Sequence record: NC_061448.1
Direction: 5' to 3' (one strand)
DNA: 64,000 nucleotides
The position numbers were made by a program, and so were the translations under genes. Shown piece after piece: positions 36,458-45,982 of the stretch. Positions within the stretch are counted from its first letter, which is position 1, and each line of letters opens with the position of its first letter. The notes beneath the pieces were generated by a model. It was not told where the DNA came from and did not search any database. It saw only the letters and a list, made by a program, of their open reading frames with translations.

Positions 36458-36802
36458 ATGAAAGAAGATCCGTACGGCATTCGAGACTTCATTAAGGGTC
36501 GCCTCGATGAAGAAACGAAGGACATTGCTATGAGCGATGACATGGTGCTTAGTCGCACTCGTGATATTGCTGGTGGCGTTGTCCGAGCTATCACGCGCAC
36601 TATGCGTAGTGATGGTTTCAGCATTACCTGCGACAGCACCAACAACACGCAGGAGATGATCGATAGCAATGTTCTGGCTGTTAACATCGTTGTCAACGAT
36701 CCACTACTGGTCAATCAATTACTCAGAGGGAACGACAATGCTAAAACGTCTATTAGCCTTGTTCTGCCGGAAAAAGAAGAAGCCCGCTCAAAAGAGCTTT
36801 GA
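36458..36802 (+). CDS. hypothetical protein
   Basis: AGGAGG SD. Confidence 0.75.
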   Translation: MKEDPYGIRDFIKGRLDEETKDIAMSDDMVLSRTRDIAGGVVRAITRTMRSDGFSITCDSTNNTQEMIDSNVLAVNIVVNDPLLVNQLLRGNDNAKTSISLVLPEKEEARSKEL

Positions 36803-37184
36803 AGAAAAGCTGCACCAGCTCGGCGGGTATCAGCCTACCGAGAAGACTAGCGACTATGATCTGACTGCGCGAGTTGATCGTCACGGCCGAACGCATTTTG
36901 CCAAAGACGAAAAGCCATTTAAGACTACGCCTATGCCTCCACGTAAAAACTTCAATGGTCAGACTCGTCGCGGTATGACAGTCGATCAGAACTCGTTGCG
37001 TCTGCACCAACAAGACGACATGATGCTGGGAATGTCTCTCATAACGCCTCCGCCCATTCGTGCGCACGAAGATATTTGCCGTGTAGATAGCACACCGAGC
37101 TATCGTCATAGTGATCCAGACCCAAGCCCCTCTTATGATGGCGGTTCTGATTCTGGCTACAGTGGAGGAAGTGGTTGTGATTAA
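36738..37184 (+). CDS. hypothetical protein with a Ser/Gly/Asp-rich C-terminal tail
   Basis: GAGG SD; PSYDGGSDSGYSGGSGCD. Confidence 0.7.
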   Translation: MLKRLLALFCRKKKKPAQKSFEEKLHQLGGYQPTEKTSDYDLTARVDRHGRTHFAKDEKPFKTTPMPPRKNFNGQTRRGMTVDQNSLRLHQQDDMMLGMSLITPPPIRAHEDICRVDSTPSYRHSDPDPSPSYDGGSDSGYSGGSGCD

Positions 37185-37545
37185 ACGTCTAGCTAACTGG
37201 ATAGGCTTGATGCTTATCTCAGAACAGAACAAGCGCAAGCTGCGTCAGCACGAAGCAATGATGCGCGCCTGTACTGACGTGTATGACTGGTGTGGTGCAG
37301 ACCTGCCTCAGACTGCCGAAGCTGTTGAGTATGTTCGCACACGCGCTCTCGGTTATGAGAACCGTTTGAATATCCACAACGGTAAAATCATGACGCCGTA
37401 TGAAGCGCACACAGGAATCAGTAACTGGCGTGACGCCATGCGTAGTAAGTATCTGCACAGTGAAGTGGACTTTGACGGCAAGACGTTCAGCGCGCCTAAG
37501 TCAGAAGAGAAAGACTGGACTGTCAAAAGCGTTTCTGTAAACTAA
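37177..37545 (+). CDS. hypothetical protein
   Basis: GGAGG SD, GTG start. Confidence 0.65.
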   Translation: MIKRLANWIGLMLISEQNKRKLRQHEAMMRACTDVYDWCGADLPQTAEAVEYVRTRALGYENRLNIHNGKIMTPYEAHTGISNWRDAMRSKYLHSEVDFDGKTFSAPKSEEKDWTVKSVSVN

Positions 37546-37574
37546 CAGCACGATCAACATATACCGAGAAAAAT

Positions 37575-37784
37575 ATGCTTCTAGTCAATTGTGCTTTTGC
37601 TTGGGTTATTGTGGGATTGTTTGTCTCTATGGCGGCGACAATGAGCTTGCTGGGTGAGATGACTTTTCGCAGACGAAACAGAACCATGTTGATGATTATC
37701 GTCCACATGTTCGCTGTAGTCATTGTCTGGCCGATCGTCCTGTTAGCCAACCGTAAGTACCAGAAGATACTGAATCGTTTTTAA
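37575..37784 (+). CDS. two-TM membrane protein
   Basis: two hydrophobic helices. Confidence 0.7.
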   Translation: MLLVNCAFAWVIVGLFVSMAATMSLLGEMTFRRRNRTMLMIIVHMFAVVIVWPIVLLANRKYQKILNRF

Positions 37785-37802
37785 CTATACCGAGAATAAA
37801 CT

Positions 37803-38270
37803 ATGGAACGTAACACTGACGAAAAGACTGTTGTGCTGGATGTAGACGTGTACAACACTCTTGTACGATACGCAGAGTGCGGTGAGCGCGACTGCGGGAC
37901 TAACTTCTTTGGGAAATCCGTGAAAGAACTCGAAAGACATGCACGACATTTCAACCCGCATCTACGTCCTCCATTCGAGCAGATGCTTGAGAACGAGCGT
38001 CTGGGTAAAGCAGAACGTCGTCGCCTCGTGAAGAAAGCTCGTCGCCTCAGTTCGCAGCGTGAGCCTGTTCGTTTCCTCGTTGACCACCAGCACAAGGTCA
38101 TCTATCCGATTATCATTACCGGCGTGTCGTCTGACAATCAACTGCGTTTGAAGTATCACGCACTGTCTGACGGCTGGGACTCATGTGCTATGGTTGATCG
38201 CATCTTCGAAACACCAGAAGAGTTGCCTCAGTCGTATCGTATGCTCCGTGAAGGAGAGAAGACAGAATGA
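37803..38270 (+). CDS. hypothetical protein
   Basis: 155-aa ORF in the + strand run. Confidence 0.7.
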   Translation: MERNTDEKTVVLDVDVYNTLVRYAECGERDCGTNFFGKSVKELERHARHFNPHLRPPFEQMLENERLGKAERRRLVKKARRLSSQREPVRFLVDHQHKVIYPIIITGVSSDNQLRLKYHALSDGWDSCAMVDRIFETPEELPQSYRMLREGEKTE

Positions 38271-38668
38271 AAGCACTGTCTATTCGCCAACCATGGGCGT
38301 GGCTGATTACTCAAGGCCATAAGAAGATTGAGAACCGTACGTGGGACACAAAGAAGCGCGGACGTTTTCTTATTCACGCCAGCTCGAAGCGTCCCTCAGA
38401 TGACGACATGCAGAAGGCCAAAAAGATCTGCGACAAACTGCATATCAAGCTGCCTGAGAAGCATGAGTTCGTGTTAGGCTCTATCGTTGGTTACGCTACG
38501 CTGTGTGGCACGACAACGAAATCCGATGACCCATTCTTCTTCGGTCCTGTTGGTCTGCAACTGAAAGACTGTCGCGCTACCGAGCCTGTTCGTTTCAAAG
38601 GCGCTCTCAGTTTCTTCAACACACCGTACTGTGTCGTAGGCGGTAATGTGATCTTGTCGCCACGATGA
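38267..38668 (+). CDS. ASCH domain protein
   Basis: MKALSIRQPWAWLI, GHKKIENRTW, RGRFLIHAS, GSIVG, FKGALSFF. Confidence 0.9.
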   Translation: MKALSIRQPWAWLITQGHKKIENRTWDTKKRGRFLIHASSKRPSDDDMQKAKKICDKLHIKLPEKHEFVLGSIVGYATLCGTTTKSDDPFFFGPVGLQLKDCRATEPVRFKGALSFFNTPYCVVGGNVILSPR

Positions 38669-38877
38669 GGCCCATACTGGTTGTCCATAACGGCAAGATG
38701 CTGCCCGCGCAACTGGTAAACGAAGATCGCAATGACGTGTACTTTGTTCGGCATATAAAAGTGCGGGACGTGAACATGTACGTTACAGGACTCGCACCAG
38801 TTGCTGCTGTTGTGTTTCTCTATGGCTACTCGCCTACTGCTGATGACTATGAGGTTGTCAGGCAGATGCGTCATTAA
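38665..38877 (+). CDS. hypothetical protein
   Basis: ATGA overlap. Confidence 0.6.
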   Translation: MRPILVVHNGKMLPAQLVNEDRNDVYFVRHIKVRDVNMYVTGLAPVAAVVFLYGYSPTADDYEVVRQMRH

Positions 38878-38881
38878 AACT

Positions 38882-38908
38882 AAGGGTGGCCTCCGGGTCG
38901 CCCTTTTT
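38882..38908 (+). terminator. intrinsic terminator
   Basis: AAGGGTGGCC-TCCG-GGTCGCCCTTTTT. Confidence 0.85.
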
Positions 38909-38944
38909 GCGTAATTTCTCCGTAATTAACAGGAGGATTTGCAC

Positions 38945-39916
38945 ATGTTATTCACATTGGGTTCATGTAGAAAGCGTTTCGATAACCACCAGAACACTGC
39001 ACTGAACTTTGGTATCGTATTTGACCAAAACATTTCGAAAGACCAAGCGTTCTCAGATTGGCCGGGCTGTGTGCCACGCGCTATTGCTGCGTGTACAACT
39101 AAGAATGGAAATCAACTGGCTACTGGACAAGTGCAGGGTATGCGAGGCAATCGCTTGTACGCAGCAACCATGTACAGTCCATCACGTAAGAAGTCCTATT
39201 CTGATTCTATTCCTGCGCTGACTCTGGCCGACCTGAGACTCGTGCTTCCTGCGCCTATGGTAAGTTCGTCAGATGCACCTGCATTTGGTGAAGGTGGATA
39301 TGTACTGGCAGAACGTTCAGTCACGTACATGTTCCGAAGCCCAGGCACACCACAAGCGTACGGTACTTACTCTACGTATCAAGGGTACACGTCACACTCA
39401 GGGTCTGATGTTATCTACACCGATACGTCTGTTAACTCTGTACTCTATACTCTTAGCGGTCGTATACCTGCTACTGTTGAAGGGTCCGTGGTGGGTTCGT
39501 ATCAGAGCTACACAGCGTCTGCTATTGTCGGCTACATGGCCGTAGGTCCTTCGCAAGGTGCTGGCTACATGTTCGGTACTATCGACGGTGGCTATCGTCT
39601 ACAGCAGTCAGGACGTAACGCACAAGGTCAGTTCTGGTCTAACCCTGCGCAGTTTCTTGACGGCAATGGCATTAGCGGCAGTGTTGCTGCGAATGCTGAC
39701 ACTAACCTCAGAATCTCTATGGCTGTATCTGGTGCGAACGAAACGCCAGTACCTAGCTGGATGGGCGCTCTTATCTACATCGGTAAAAGCTACTTCATGA
39801 TGCGCTATGACTTCGATACTGACCTAACAAGCAACGCAACACTCGTCCCAGGCAATAGCGCCAGCTTCACATTCAACGGTCAGAACTACGCTTATCCTGA
39901 TCGTATCAATCTATAA
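38945..39916 (+). CDS. probable virion or fibre-type protein, distant relative of the 48-61 kb array
   Basis: S/G/T/Y/N-rich; C-terminal NATLVPGNSASFT resembles array DATVVPGQEQSVGAFT; AGGAGG SD. Confidence 0.55.
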   Translation: MLFTLGSCRKRFDNHQNTALNFGIVFDQNISKDQAFSDWPGCVPRAIAACTTKNGNQLATGQVQGMRGNRLYAATMYSPSRKKSYSDSIPALTLADLRLVLPAPMVSSSDAPAFGEGGYVLAERSVTYMFRSPGTPQAYGTYSTYQGYTSHSGSDVIYTDTSVNSVLYTLSGRIPATVEGSVVGSYQSYTASAIVGYMAVGPSQGAGYMFGTIDGGYRLQQSGRNAQGQFWSNPAQFLDGNGISGSVAANADTNLRISMAVSGANETPVPSWMGALIYIGKSYFMMRYDFDTDLTSNATLVPGNSASFTFNGQNYAYPDRINL

Positions 39917-39924
39917 GGAACACT

Positions 39925-40341
39925 ATGCTACCGTTTGCACCAAAGACCCGCGTAGTCAGTATGCGTAATGGCAACAAGGACTACGACGTGCGTATCGACC
40001 GTGAGACTAAGTGGGGCAACAAGTTCTATATGACCCATGAGACTGTGGCCGAACGCGATAGAGTATGCGACGAACACGAAATAGATTTGTGGTTAAAGAT
40101 CTACGACGGTGAGATACGCATAGGACATTTGCTTGAACTCTACGGCAAGCGTCTTGGTTGTTGGTGCAGCCCTAAGCGCTGTCATGGTGACGCGTTAGCA
40201 AGAGCAGCAGAATGGGCGTACAATGCAAACTGTAAATGGGAACGTATAAAAGCCACTTACAGGAAGCGTCGCCGTGCCGCAGCTAAAGCCAATCGTCAAA
40301 AAGACAGGAAGAAAGTTCCTCGCAAAAAGTCCCTCTCTTAA
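39925..40341 (+). CDS. DUF4326 domain protein
   Basis: YDVRIDRETKWGNKF, LYGKRLGCWCSPKRCHGDAL. Confidence 0.85.
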   Translation: MLPFAPKTRVVSMRNGNKDYDVRIDRETKWGNKFYMTHETVAERDRVCDEHEIDLWLKIYDGEIRIGHLLELYGKRLGCWCSPKRCHGDALARAAEWAYNANCKWERIKATYRKRRRAAAKANRQKDRKKVPRKKSLS

Positions 40342-40840
40342 AGCAGTCAATTGGGAAGTGTATGTGAGTCCATTCAGCGGTACTGCTTACGGGCAGTTCG
40401 CTGTAGCGTGGGGAGATTCCTACGTTGTGATTCACACACTCGACGCAACTGACGCACTCCGCGATACCTGTGATCAACTCTATCTGGACAAGTTAGACAA
40501 GATCATTATCAGCCTTAGCACATTCATGGATTTGTTGGGCACCACAAATACCGGCCATTGCCGTGAGTGGTTGAACCCGATTGAAACTGGAGCCACAGGG
40601 AGCGTGGCATTCTGCTATTCTGTTGCCCCAAAAGAAGCCACCATATATTTCGAACTTGCCTCATGCACGGAGAAGATCCGCTTCTACCCTGCACCTACAG
40701 GCCGTAGTAGACTACGTAATCTCAAGACCTACCTTGGACGTCTGCACAAAGAGCTGGTGGTGCATAGACAGGCCATGTCTGAAACTATGAGCGTAGTCAA
40801 CGAAACAAGGGCTATGTTGAAATCTGTAAATAAAGCATAG
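40274..40840 (+). CDS. hypothetical protein (start uncertain)
   Basis: ORF in the + strand run. Confidence 0.6.
   Translation: MPQLKPIVKKTGRKFLAKSPSLKAVNWEVYVSPFSGTAYGQFAVAWGDSYVVIHTLDATDALRDTCDQLYLDKLDKIIISLSTFMDLLGTTNTGHCREWLNPIETGATGSVAFCYSVAPKEATIYFELASCTEKIRFYPAPTGRSRLRNLKTYLGRLHKELVVHRQAMSETMSVVNETRAMLKSVNKA
40821..40832 (+). promoter_or_regulatory. AATCTGTAAATA motif (putative promoter)
   Basis: about 37 nt before ATG 40870. Confidence 0.55.
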
Positions 40841-40869
40841 AATCACTATACCTAGAATAAGGACCTATT

Positions 40870-41196
40870 ATGGCTATGACAGAATTGCAGTTCGCACTAT
40901 CCTTGTTTTCTCAGAAATGCTCTGAGGCAGCGGTCCTCGCTAATGAGGCCCAGCAGTTTGGACTTGAGCACAGAAACAGTAGCGGCGAGACGGTTGAGGA
41001 GCGCCTGTACAGCAACATGCGAGATATTGAAGCATCACGGTATCTGGTTGAAGAAAAGACGCGTGGGTTTGAATACGTGCCTGACCTGATTCGTTCTTTG
41101 GATCGCATGGATGAAATGAAAGCACTCATGGAACAGGCCAAAGATAATGGTCAAGTGTTCCGTGAAGATGAAGACCTTGAAGACGAGGACGAATAA
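40870..41196 (+). CDS. hypothetical protein, degenerate MazG-like pattern
   Basis: KCSEAAVLANEAQQFGL...ERLYSNMRDI resembles EECAEV...KALRFGL...ERL..E..DL. Confidence 0.55.
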   Translation: MAMTELQFALSLFSQKCSEAAVLANEAQQFGLEHRNSSGETVEERLYSNMRDIEASRYLVEEKTRGFEYVPDLIRSLDRMDEMKALMEQAKDNGQVFREDEDLEDEDE

Positions 41197-41198
41197 TA

Positions 41199-41711
41199 AT
41201 GGGCTACACACTGATCGTTCAACACAACATCAAGCTGAAACCAAATACGCCAAAGCGCGTCCTGAATAAGATTCGTGCGTGGCATCGTGAGCCATGGGCG
41301 TTCGACCATCTATTTATCCACTTCGGAATCGACGTCCACAAAGCGCTTGGTGCAGGTTGTGGTGGTAAGTGGGGAAGTCTTAAAGCCAAACGCGTCTTCA
41401 ATACAGGCAGTGGTGTTGTGCCTCACATCAAAACTACCGCACTGTTTAGTCGCGGCGAAAAGGGTGTTGACGCGTTGCTGCCGTTCTTCGACTGTCTGGC
41501 CGAGTATGTAGCGAACACAGACGAAGTGATTGCTGTCATTCGCGGCGAAGACGGTCTGTTTGATCATAACGAAGGGCAGTCTAATATGTTTGAAGACGTG
41601 CCTAAAGCCTATGGCTACTATGAAGTGCGCATCGTAAACGACCACGCCAAAATCGAATGGGTGGTTAATGATATTTATGAACAATTACCTTGGGTAACCT
41701 ATGCTTACTAA
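41199..41711 (+). CDS. hypothetical protein
   Basis: GAGG SD. Confidence 0.7.
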   Translation: MGYTLIVQHNIKLKPNTPKRVLNKIRAWHREPWAFDHLFIHFGIDVHKALGAGCGGKWGSLKAKRVFNTGSGVVPHIKTTALFSRGEKGVDALLPFFDCLAEYVANTDEVIAVIRGEDGLFDHNEGQSNMFEDVPKAYGYYEVRIVNDHAKIEWVVNDIYEQLPWVTYAY

Positions 41712-42375
41712 CATCGCTCGCCTCGTCGCTACACAAGCTCACACCGGTCAGGTACGCAAGTACACTAACGAACCCTACATCAATCACCCGCTGCGTGTTG
41801 CACAATGGCTGTCGCAGTTTAACGTTGGTGAATTGATTGAAGCCGCTGCTATCTGCCACGATGTTATCGAAGACACAGGCGTAAGCCACAGTGCTCTCGA
41901 ACTGACTGTCGGTACTCAGGTCGCTGATTTGGTCCTTGAAGTGACCAACAACGAATACCCTGAAGGTACGCCGCGCGTTGAGAAATACTGGGGCAACATC
42001 ACCAAGCTGCTGCAAGCGAGTCATCAGGCGCAGACGCTCAAGTGCGGTGACATTTACGATAACTGCAAAGACGTGTACGAGCTGGACGCTTCATATGCTG
42101 CACGTTACATCGCAGAGAAGTTCTTCCTCGTTCGTCTGTTCACTCGCGCACAGGGCGACGTCCGCACTGCTACGCTGAACCTGCTGTCTGAAATCTATAA
42201 CAGCATGTCTGACGGTCATCGCATCTACTGTCTGGAGTATATGCAGCGTCTGGAGCGTGAATGCCCAGACAGCCTGTTGATCCATTTCCACAATGCGCTG
42301 ACCGAAGCACAGAACTACAACGGCTACACGCTGCGTATCGGAGATTCATATGGAACTGAAACTGCCTCCGTTTAA
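41701..42375 (+). CDS. stand-alone RelA/SpoT-type HD hydrolase (small alarmone hydrolase / MESH1-like)
   Basis: AHTGQVRK...PYINHP, AAICHDVIEDT, LVLEVTN, LKCGDIYDN. Confidence 0.85.
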   Translation: MLTNIARLVATQAHTGQVRKYTNEPYINHPLRVAQWLSQFNVGELIEAAAICHDVIEDTGVSHSALELTVGTQVADLVLEVTNNEYPEGTPRVEKYWGNITKLLQASHQAQTLKCGDIYDNCKDVYELDASYAARYIAEKFFLVRLFTRAQGDVRTATLNLLSEIYNSMSDGHRIYCLEYMQRLERECPDSLLIHFHNALTEAQNYNGYTLRIGDSYGTETASV

Positions 42376-42724
42376 AACGCGTGATACCCGCGTCGAGCAC
42401 ATGACCATTCGAGACAAACAAGCCACTGCTATCATGCGCGTCAACGAGACTCGCTGGTGGGGTTTCAAAAAGCGTGAGCTGTGTGTTGTCATCAACTGCC
42501 GTAAGATAACGCGCAAAGAACCTGAATGGGCATCGTATGTTAAATGGGAAGACGGTTATATGGTCGCTCCTGTTTGCAGCGATAGTGATGTGCTCGAAGT
42601 AGCGAACCGTACGTTGCGTGATATGCGTAACCTGCACTTTAAAGACTTCGACCAACTACTGGCTTATCGTCTGTCGATTCACATAAGGAAACATCATGGC
42701 CGCCTTATCACTGCATCTGTTTGA
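42350..42724 (+). CDS. hypothetical protein
   Basis: GGAG SD. Confidence 0.7.
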   Translation: MELKLPPFKTRDTRVEHMTIRDKQATAIMRVNETRWWGFKKRELCVVINCRKITRKEPEWASYVKWEDGYMVAPVCSDSDVLEVANRTLRDMRNLHFKDFDQLLAYRLSIHIRKHHGRLITASV

Positions 42725-43079
42725 GAACGTAGCGAACGAACAGGAGTTTGCTGAACGTCGCTTCCACAAAAGCATTATGTTCATGCACGGTGTGTCGTCG
42801 AATAGTCCGTACGCAAAAGACAGTCTGCCTGTAACGTTCGCTGTGTACGAAATCGGAGACACCCGCACGTATGCTGCAACTGTTGGGCACAAGCTGTCCG
42901 AACAGCTACAGAATGCGATGAACCTTGAACCTGTGCGTGTGTGGCAGTTGGTTCGTCGTGGTAACAACGTGTTCTTTGTAGGCGAAAGCTCCGAAGCAAT
43001 CGTCGCAGATAACGTTGTGCCTTTAGAGATTCGTGTTGAAGGAGGGCAAGATGCTGAACGCTGCTGGTCCCGCGCTTGA
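42696..43079 (+). CDS. hypothetical protein
   Basis: AAGGA SD. Confidence 0.7.
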   Translation: MAALSLHLFENVANEQEFAERRFHKSIMFMHGVSSNSPYAKDSLPVTFAVYEIGDTRTYAATVGHKLSEQLQNAMNLEPVRVWQLVRRGNNVFFVGESSEAIVADNVVPLEIRVEGGQDAERCWSRA

Positions 43080-43707
43080 GCTGACAACCAAAGATGTTGA
43101 AGCGTACTGGCGTGGTCGTGCGTACATTGAAGCGGCTCGTTTAGCGCACGATGCGCACGACGACAAGACCGCTAACACAATGACGTATCAGGCGATTGAG
43201 CCTTATCTCGAACAGGGTCGTGCTGCTATTGCTGAGGAACGCGAAGCGCATACAGGTGATGATTTACCTGACGCTGTGTTTGAAGAAGGGCAGACGCTTG
43301 AAGCACGTTTCGTTGTGCTACTTGCTCTGATGCTTGATAGTGATCGACAGGAAGTTGGCGGGAAGACGATTCTTTCTATGGCGCATCTGTCTGCGGCTGC
43401 GCGAGATAAGAAGATCGTTTTAGTGCTTAACGGTCATGACACGGCGCTTGCTCGTAGCCTTGCGCTTGAGTCGGGCTACGAAGTGTCTGAGGCAGGTCTG
43501 GTTAGTCTGGCTGAAATGTCGGCTAAGATGATTCGACGCACTGAGATGACGGGTTTCTTTGAACTAGATACTCCTCGTGTGCGCAAAGAGCCTGACCATA
43601 ATCTGAATGCAGTACGTCAGAAGCACAATCGTGTAGGCAGACATTCAGGCCACCAGCGTTTCAACGCGAAGCCTGCTCGTCAGAACTTCAAAGGCCGAGG
43701 CCGATGA
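43051..43707 (+). CDS. hypothetical protein with a basic C-terminus
   Basis: GGAGG SD; start corrected. Confidence 0.7.
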   Translation: MLNAAGPALELTTKDVEAYWRGRAYIEAARLAHDAHDDKTANTMTYQAIEPYLEQGRAAIAEEREAHTGDDLPDAVFEEGQTLEARFVVLLALMLDSDRQEVGGKTILSMAHLSAAARDKKIVLVLNGHDTALARSLALESGYEVSEAGLVSLAEMSAKMIRRTEMTGFFELDTPRVRKEPDHNLNAVRQKHNRVGRHSGHQRFNAKPARQNFKGRGR

Positions 43708-44084
43708 TTCACGAAATGTATGCGATTGAGTACGCGAACAATATTCCCACGCGTATTCACGTATTCAAAGCAGAAGCAGACTCACAGCAATCTGATTATC
43801 GTGCGCTCGTCAGCATGGGCGCTTTCGATAAGCGTATGGGTTTGATATGTGCGCGTGACCTCACGGCAAAACGTTTCTGGTTGAAACGCAAGTTCGAATG
43901 GGAACAACTGGTGGAGAGCGACAGGCGTATGATGCGTCTACGTCATTCTCCTATTTGGGTTAATCTTCCAAAGCAGATACACGAAGACCTCTGGACCTTC
44001 TATCGTGCAGTCGGCTGGGACTACAAGCAGAAGAAATTCGTTGACCAAAAATCCACTATCTCTGCCACAACAGCACCCGCTTGA
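43704..44084 (+). CDS. hypothetical protein
   Basis: GAGG SD, ATGA overlap. Confidence 0.7.
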   Translation: MIHEMYAIEYANNIPTRIHVFKAEADSQQSDYRALVSMGAFDKRMGLICARDLTAKRFWLKRKFEWEQLVESDRRMMRLRHSPIWVNLPKQIHEDLWTFYRAVGWDYKQKKFVDQKSTISATTAPA

Positions 44085-44197
44085 TGTGGTATCGACGCGC
44101 ACAGGGGTTTTCCTTGATGTGCTTAATAATGAAAAGACACCAGCAGGTGAATGTATCAGCCGTGTTGTAGATGCTGTCCTTGCTGAGGGGAACGACC

Positions 44198-44542
44198 ATG
44201 TTGAAAGATTGGTTGATAACAACGGAGACAGTCGTACACACGCTGACAGTTGATACCAAAGAAGGTACAGCAGTTGGTCTTGTCGAGACTATCTACTACG
44301 GTCCTAAACGTTTAGGCAAGCGCATCATTCACAGCACAAGCATCGCCTGCACCTGTCATGATATTTATCGTCGTCACTTGACGTGGACAGATGCAAACAG
44401 CATGTCTGACTTGCTTCCTAAGTACAACACAGCGAAGTCATTGTGTCGTAGACTACGCACGGAACTTAACAAACTCGTTGCAGAAGGTAAAGTAAATGGC
44501 GAGTCCATTAGCGGAAATCAACATAGGCAGCCCGTTGCCTGA
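44198..44542 (+). CDS. hypothetical protein
   Basis: GAGGGG SD; start corrected. Confidence 0.65.
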   Translation: MLKDWLITTETVVHTLTVDTKEGTAVGLVETIYYGPKRLGKRIIHSTSIACTCHDIYRRHLTWTDANSMSDLLPKYNTAKSLCRRLRTELNKLVAEGKVNGESISGNQHRQPVA

Positions 44543-45221
44543 TAGCGGTGATCTGATCTTCAAGCAGATTCTCGACGGTAGCATTGAGATTCTGGATAGC
44601 ACACTCGACCTGCATAAGCAAAGCAGTGTGCTACTGCGTAGCACCAAAGAGCTGGGTATTGATATACTCAACGGTACTTGGACTTATACGCCTCAATACA
44701 CGTATGAGAACAGACACCCTCTGGCGTATACGTTCGGCCACATGATGGCTGACCCGAAAAGCACGTATCAAGATCTGGCAAAAGAGCTTACAACCAAAGC
44801 GGAGCAGGACATGTTCTATGCGCCGTTGCGTAAGCTCCGTGCTTTCATGATCAATCACGACACAGTTACAGGCAAAACTGATCTGCGTATGCCTGATGCG
44901 TGGGTAGTGAAGATTGACGAAACGCTGACCATGCGCGACTTCATGGGTGTAGTTGAAGGCTACGTCCAGTCAGAACAACGCCAAGAAATCTCGGCTGTTG
45001 TCTTTGAGAAGTATTACGCTACAGGCGAAAGCACGAAAGAAGCCAAAGCGCGTCTGGTCTTCCGTGACGATAAGCTGCACATCGTTGACTATGACCGTTT
45101 CATTCCGGGCGTGAACATGATGTTTCCCATGACGTCCATCTTCAAGTTCATATCACGCCCGTGGGATCACGGTATGACGCAGAGCGTGTTTAAGCTGTAT
45201 CGCTCGTTAGTAAATCTGTAA
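44496..45221 (+). CDS. hypothetical protein
   Basis: 241 aa, AAGG SD. Confidence 0.7.
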   Translation: MASPLAEINIGSPLPDSGDLIFKQILDGSIEILDSTLDLHKQSSVLLRSTKELGIDILNGTWTYTPQYTYENRHPLAYTFGHMMADPKSTYQDLAKELTTKAEQDMFYAPLRKLRAFMINHDTVTGKTDLRMPDAWVVKIDETLTMRDFMGVVEGYVQSEQRQEISAVVFEKYYATGESTKEAKARLVFRDDKLHIVDYDRFIPGVNMMFPMTSIFKFISRPWDHGMTQSVFKLYRSLVNL

Positions 45222-45224
45222 ATA
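45213..45224 (+). promoter_or_regulatory. AATCTGTAAATA motif (putative promoter)
   Basis: overlaps the upstream stop; about 53 nt before ATG 45278. Confidence 0.55.
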
Positions 45225-45277
45225 CTAACTGCTAAAGTTATCTGTCTAATCTAACTATCAAACGAAAGGAACGAAAC

Positions 45278-45982
45278 ATGGCTTCTAAAGAACGCGGCGG
45301 TGTTGTGGACAATTCAAGCAAATCAGCAAAAGCTGGTGGTGCTGGTAAACGTGTCACTGCACCTGTATACAACGGTGCCCAAACTTCTGCTCACGTAGCA
45401 TCTGCTGCATCAACAGCAAGCCCGGTCGCTGGTGTATCTCTCGCGGCGCAACTCTACAGCCGAGCTGATAGCCTGCGCTACGCCACTTCTACTCTGGCCG
45501 ATACGTTGCAGCGTCTGGGCCTGTACGAACCGGCTCCTGCCAAAGGCGAAGATCTGGCATCTGGTGCACACGATAACGTGCTGCGTGTTATCAACGAAGA
45601 CCTGAACAGTGCGATGCGTTTCGCCAACAACGTTGTGTACTCGTCTGTCTACGGTGACGGCGAAGAAGAAGATTGCGGCAAAGACTGTGACGCAGAGAAA
45701 GAAGTTCAGGGCGCTATTCACAAAACGCAATTCGGCCGCAGCGTCTATGGTGATGCACAAAGCGCCATCGTGCGTCTGCTGTCTATTCAGAGCATGGCCA
45801 ACCGTATCAATCTGTCTCTGGTTGGCGTTGAAGGTCCTGCTGACTGCCGCGCTTCTCAGGTAGTTGACAGCGTTCACAACTGTCTGTGCAATCTGGCGGA
45901 TCACATCGACGATACCGTCACGACGCTGCACCGCGTTAACTCTGACCTGACCATCAACCTGCTGGGAGTTATTTCAGAATGA
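45278..45982 (+). CDS. hypothetical helical protein
   Basis: AAGGA SD, strongly biased codon usage. Confidence 0.8.
   Translation: MASKERGGVVDNSSKSAKAGGAGKRVTAPVYNGAQTSAHVASAASTASPVAGVSLAAQLYSRADSLRYATSTLADTLQRLGLYEPAPAKGEDLASGAHDNVLRVINEDLNSAMRFANNVVYSSVYGDGEEEDCGKDCDAEKEVQGAIHKTQFGRSVYGDAQSAIVRLLSIQSMANRINLSLVGVEGPADCRASQVVDSVHNCLCNLADHIDDTVTTLHRVNSDLTINLLGVISE

Noticed and set aside
44087-44253. Possible 55-aa GTG-start ORF
   Set aside because: No SD and a 56-nt overlap with the better-supported 44198 gene.
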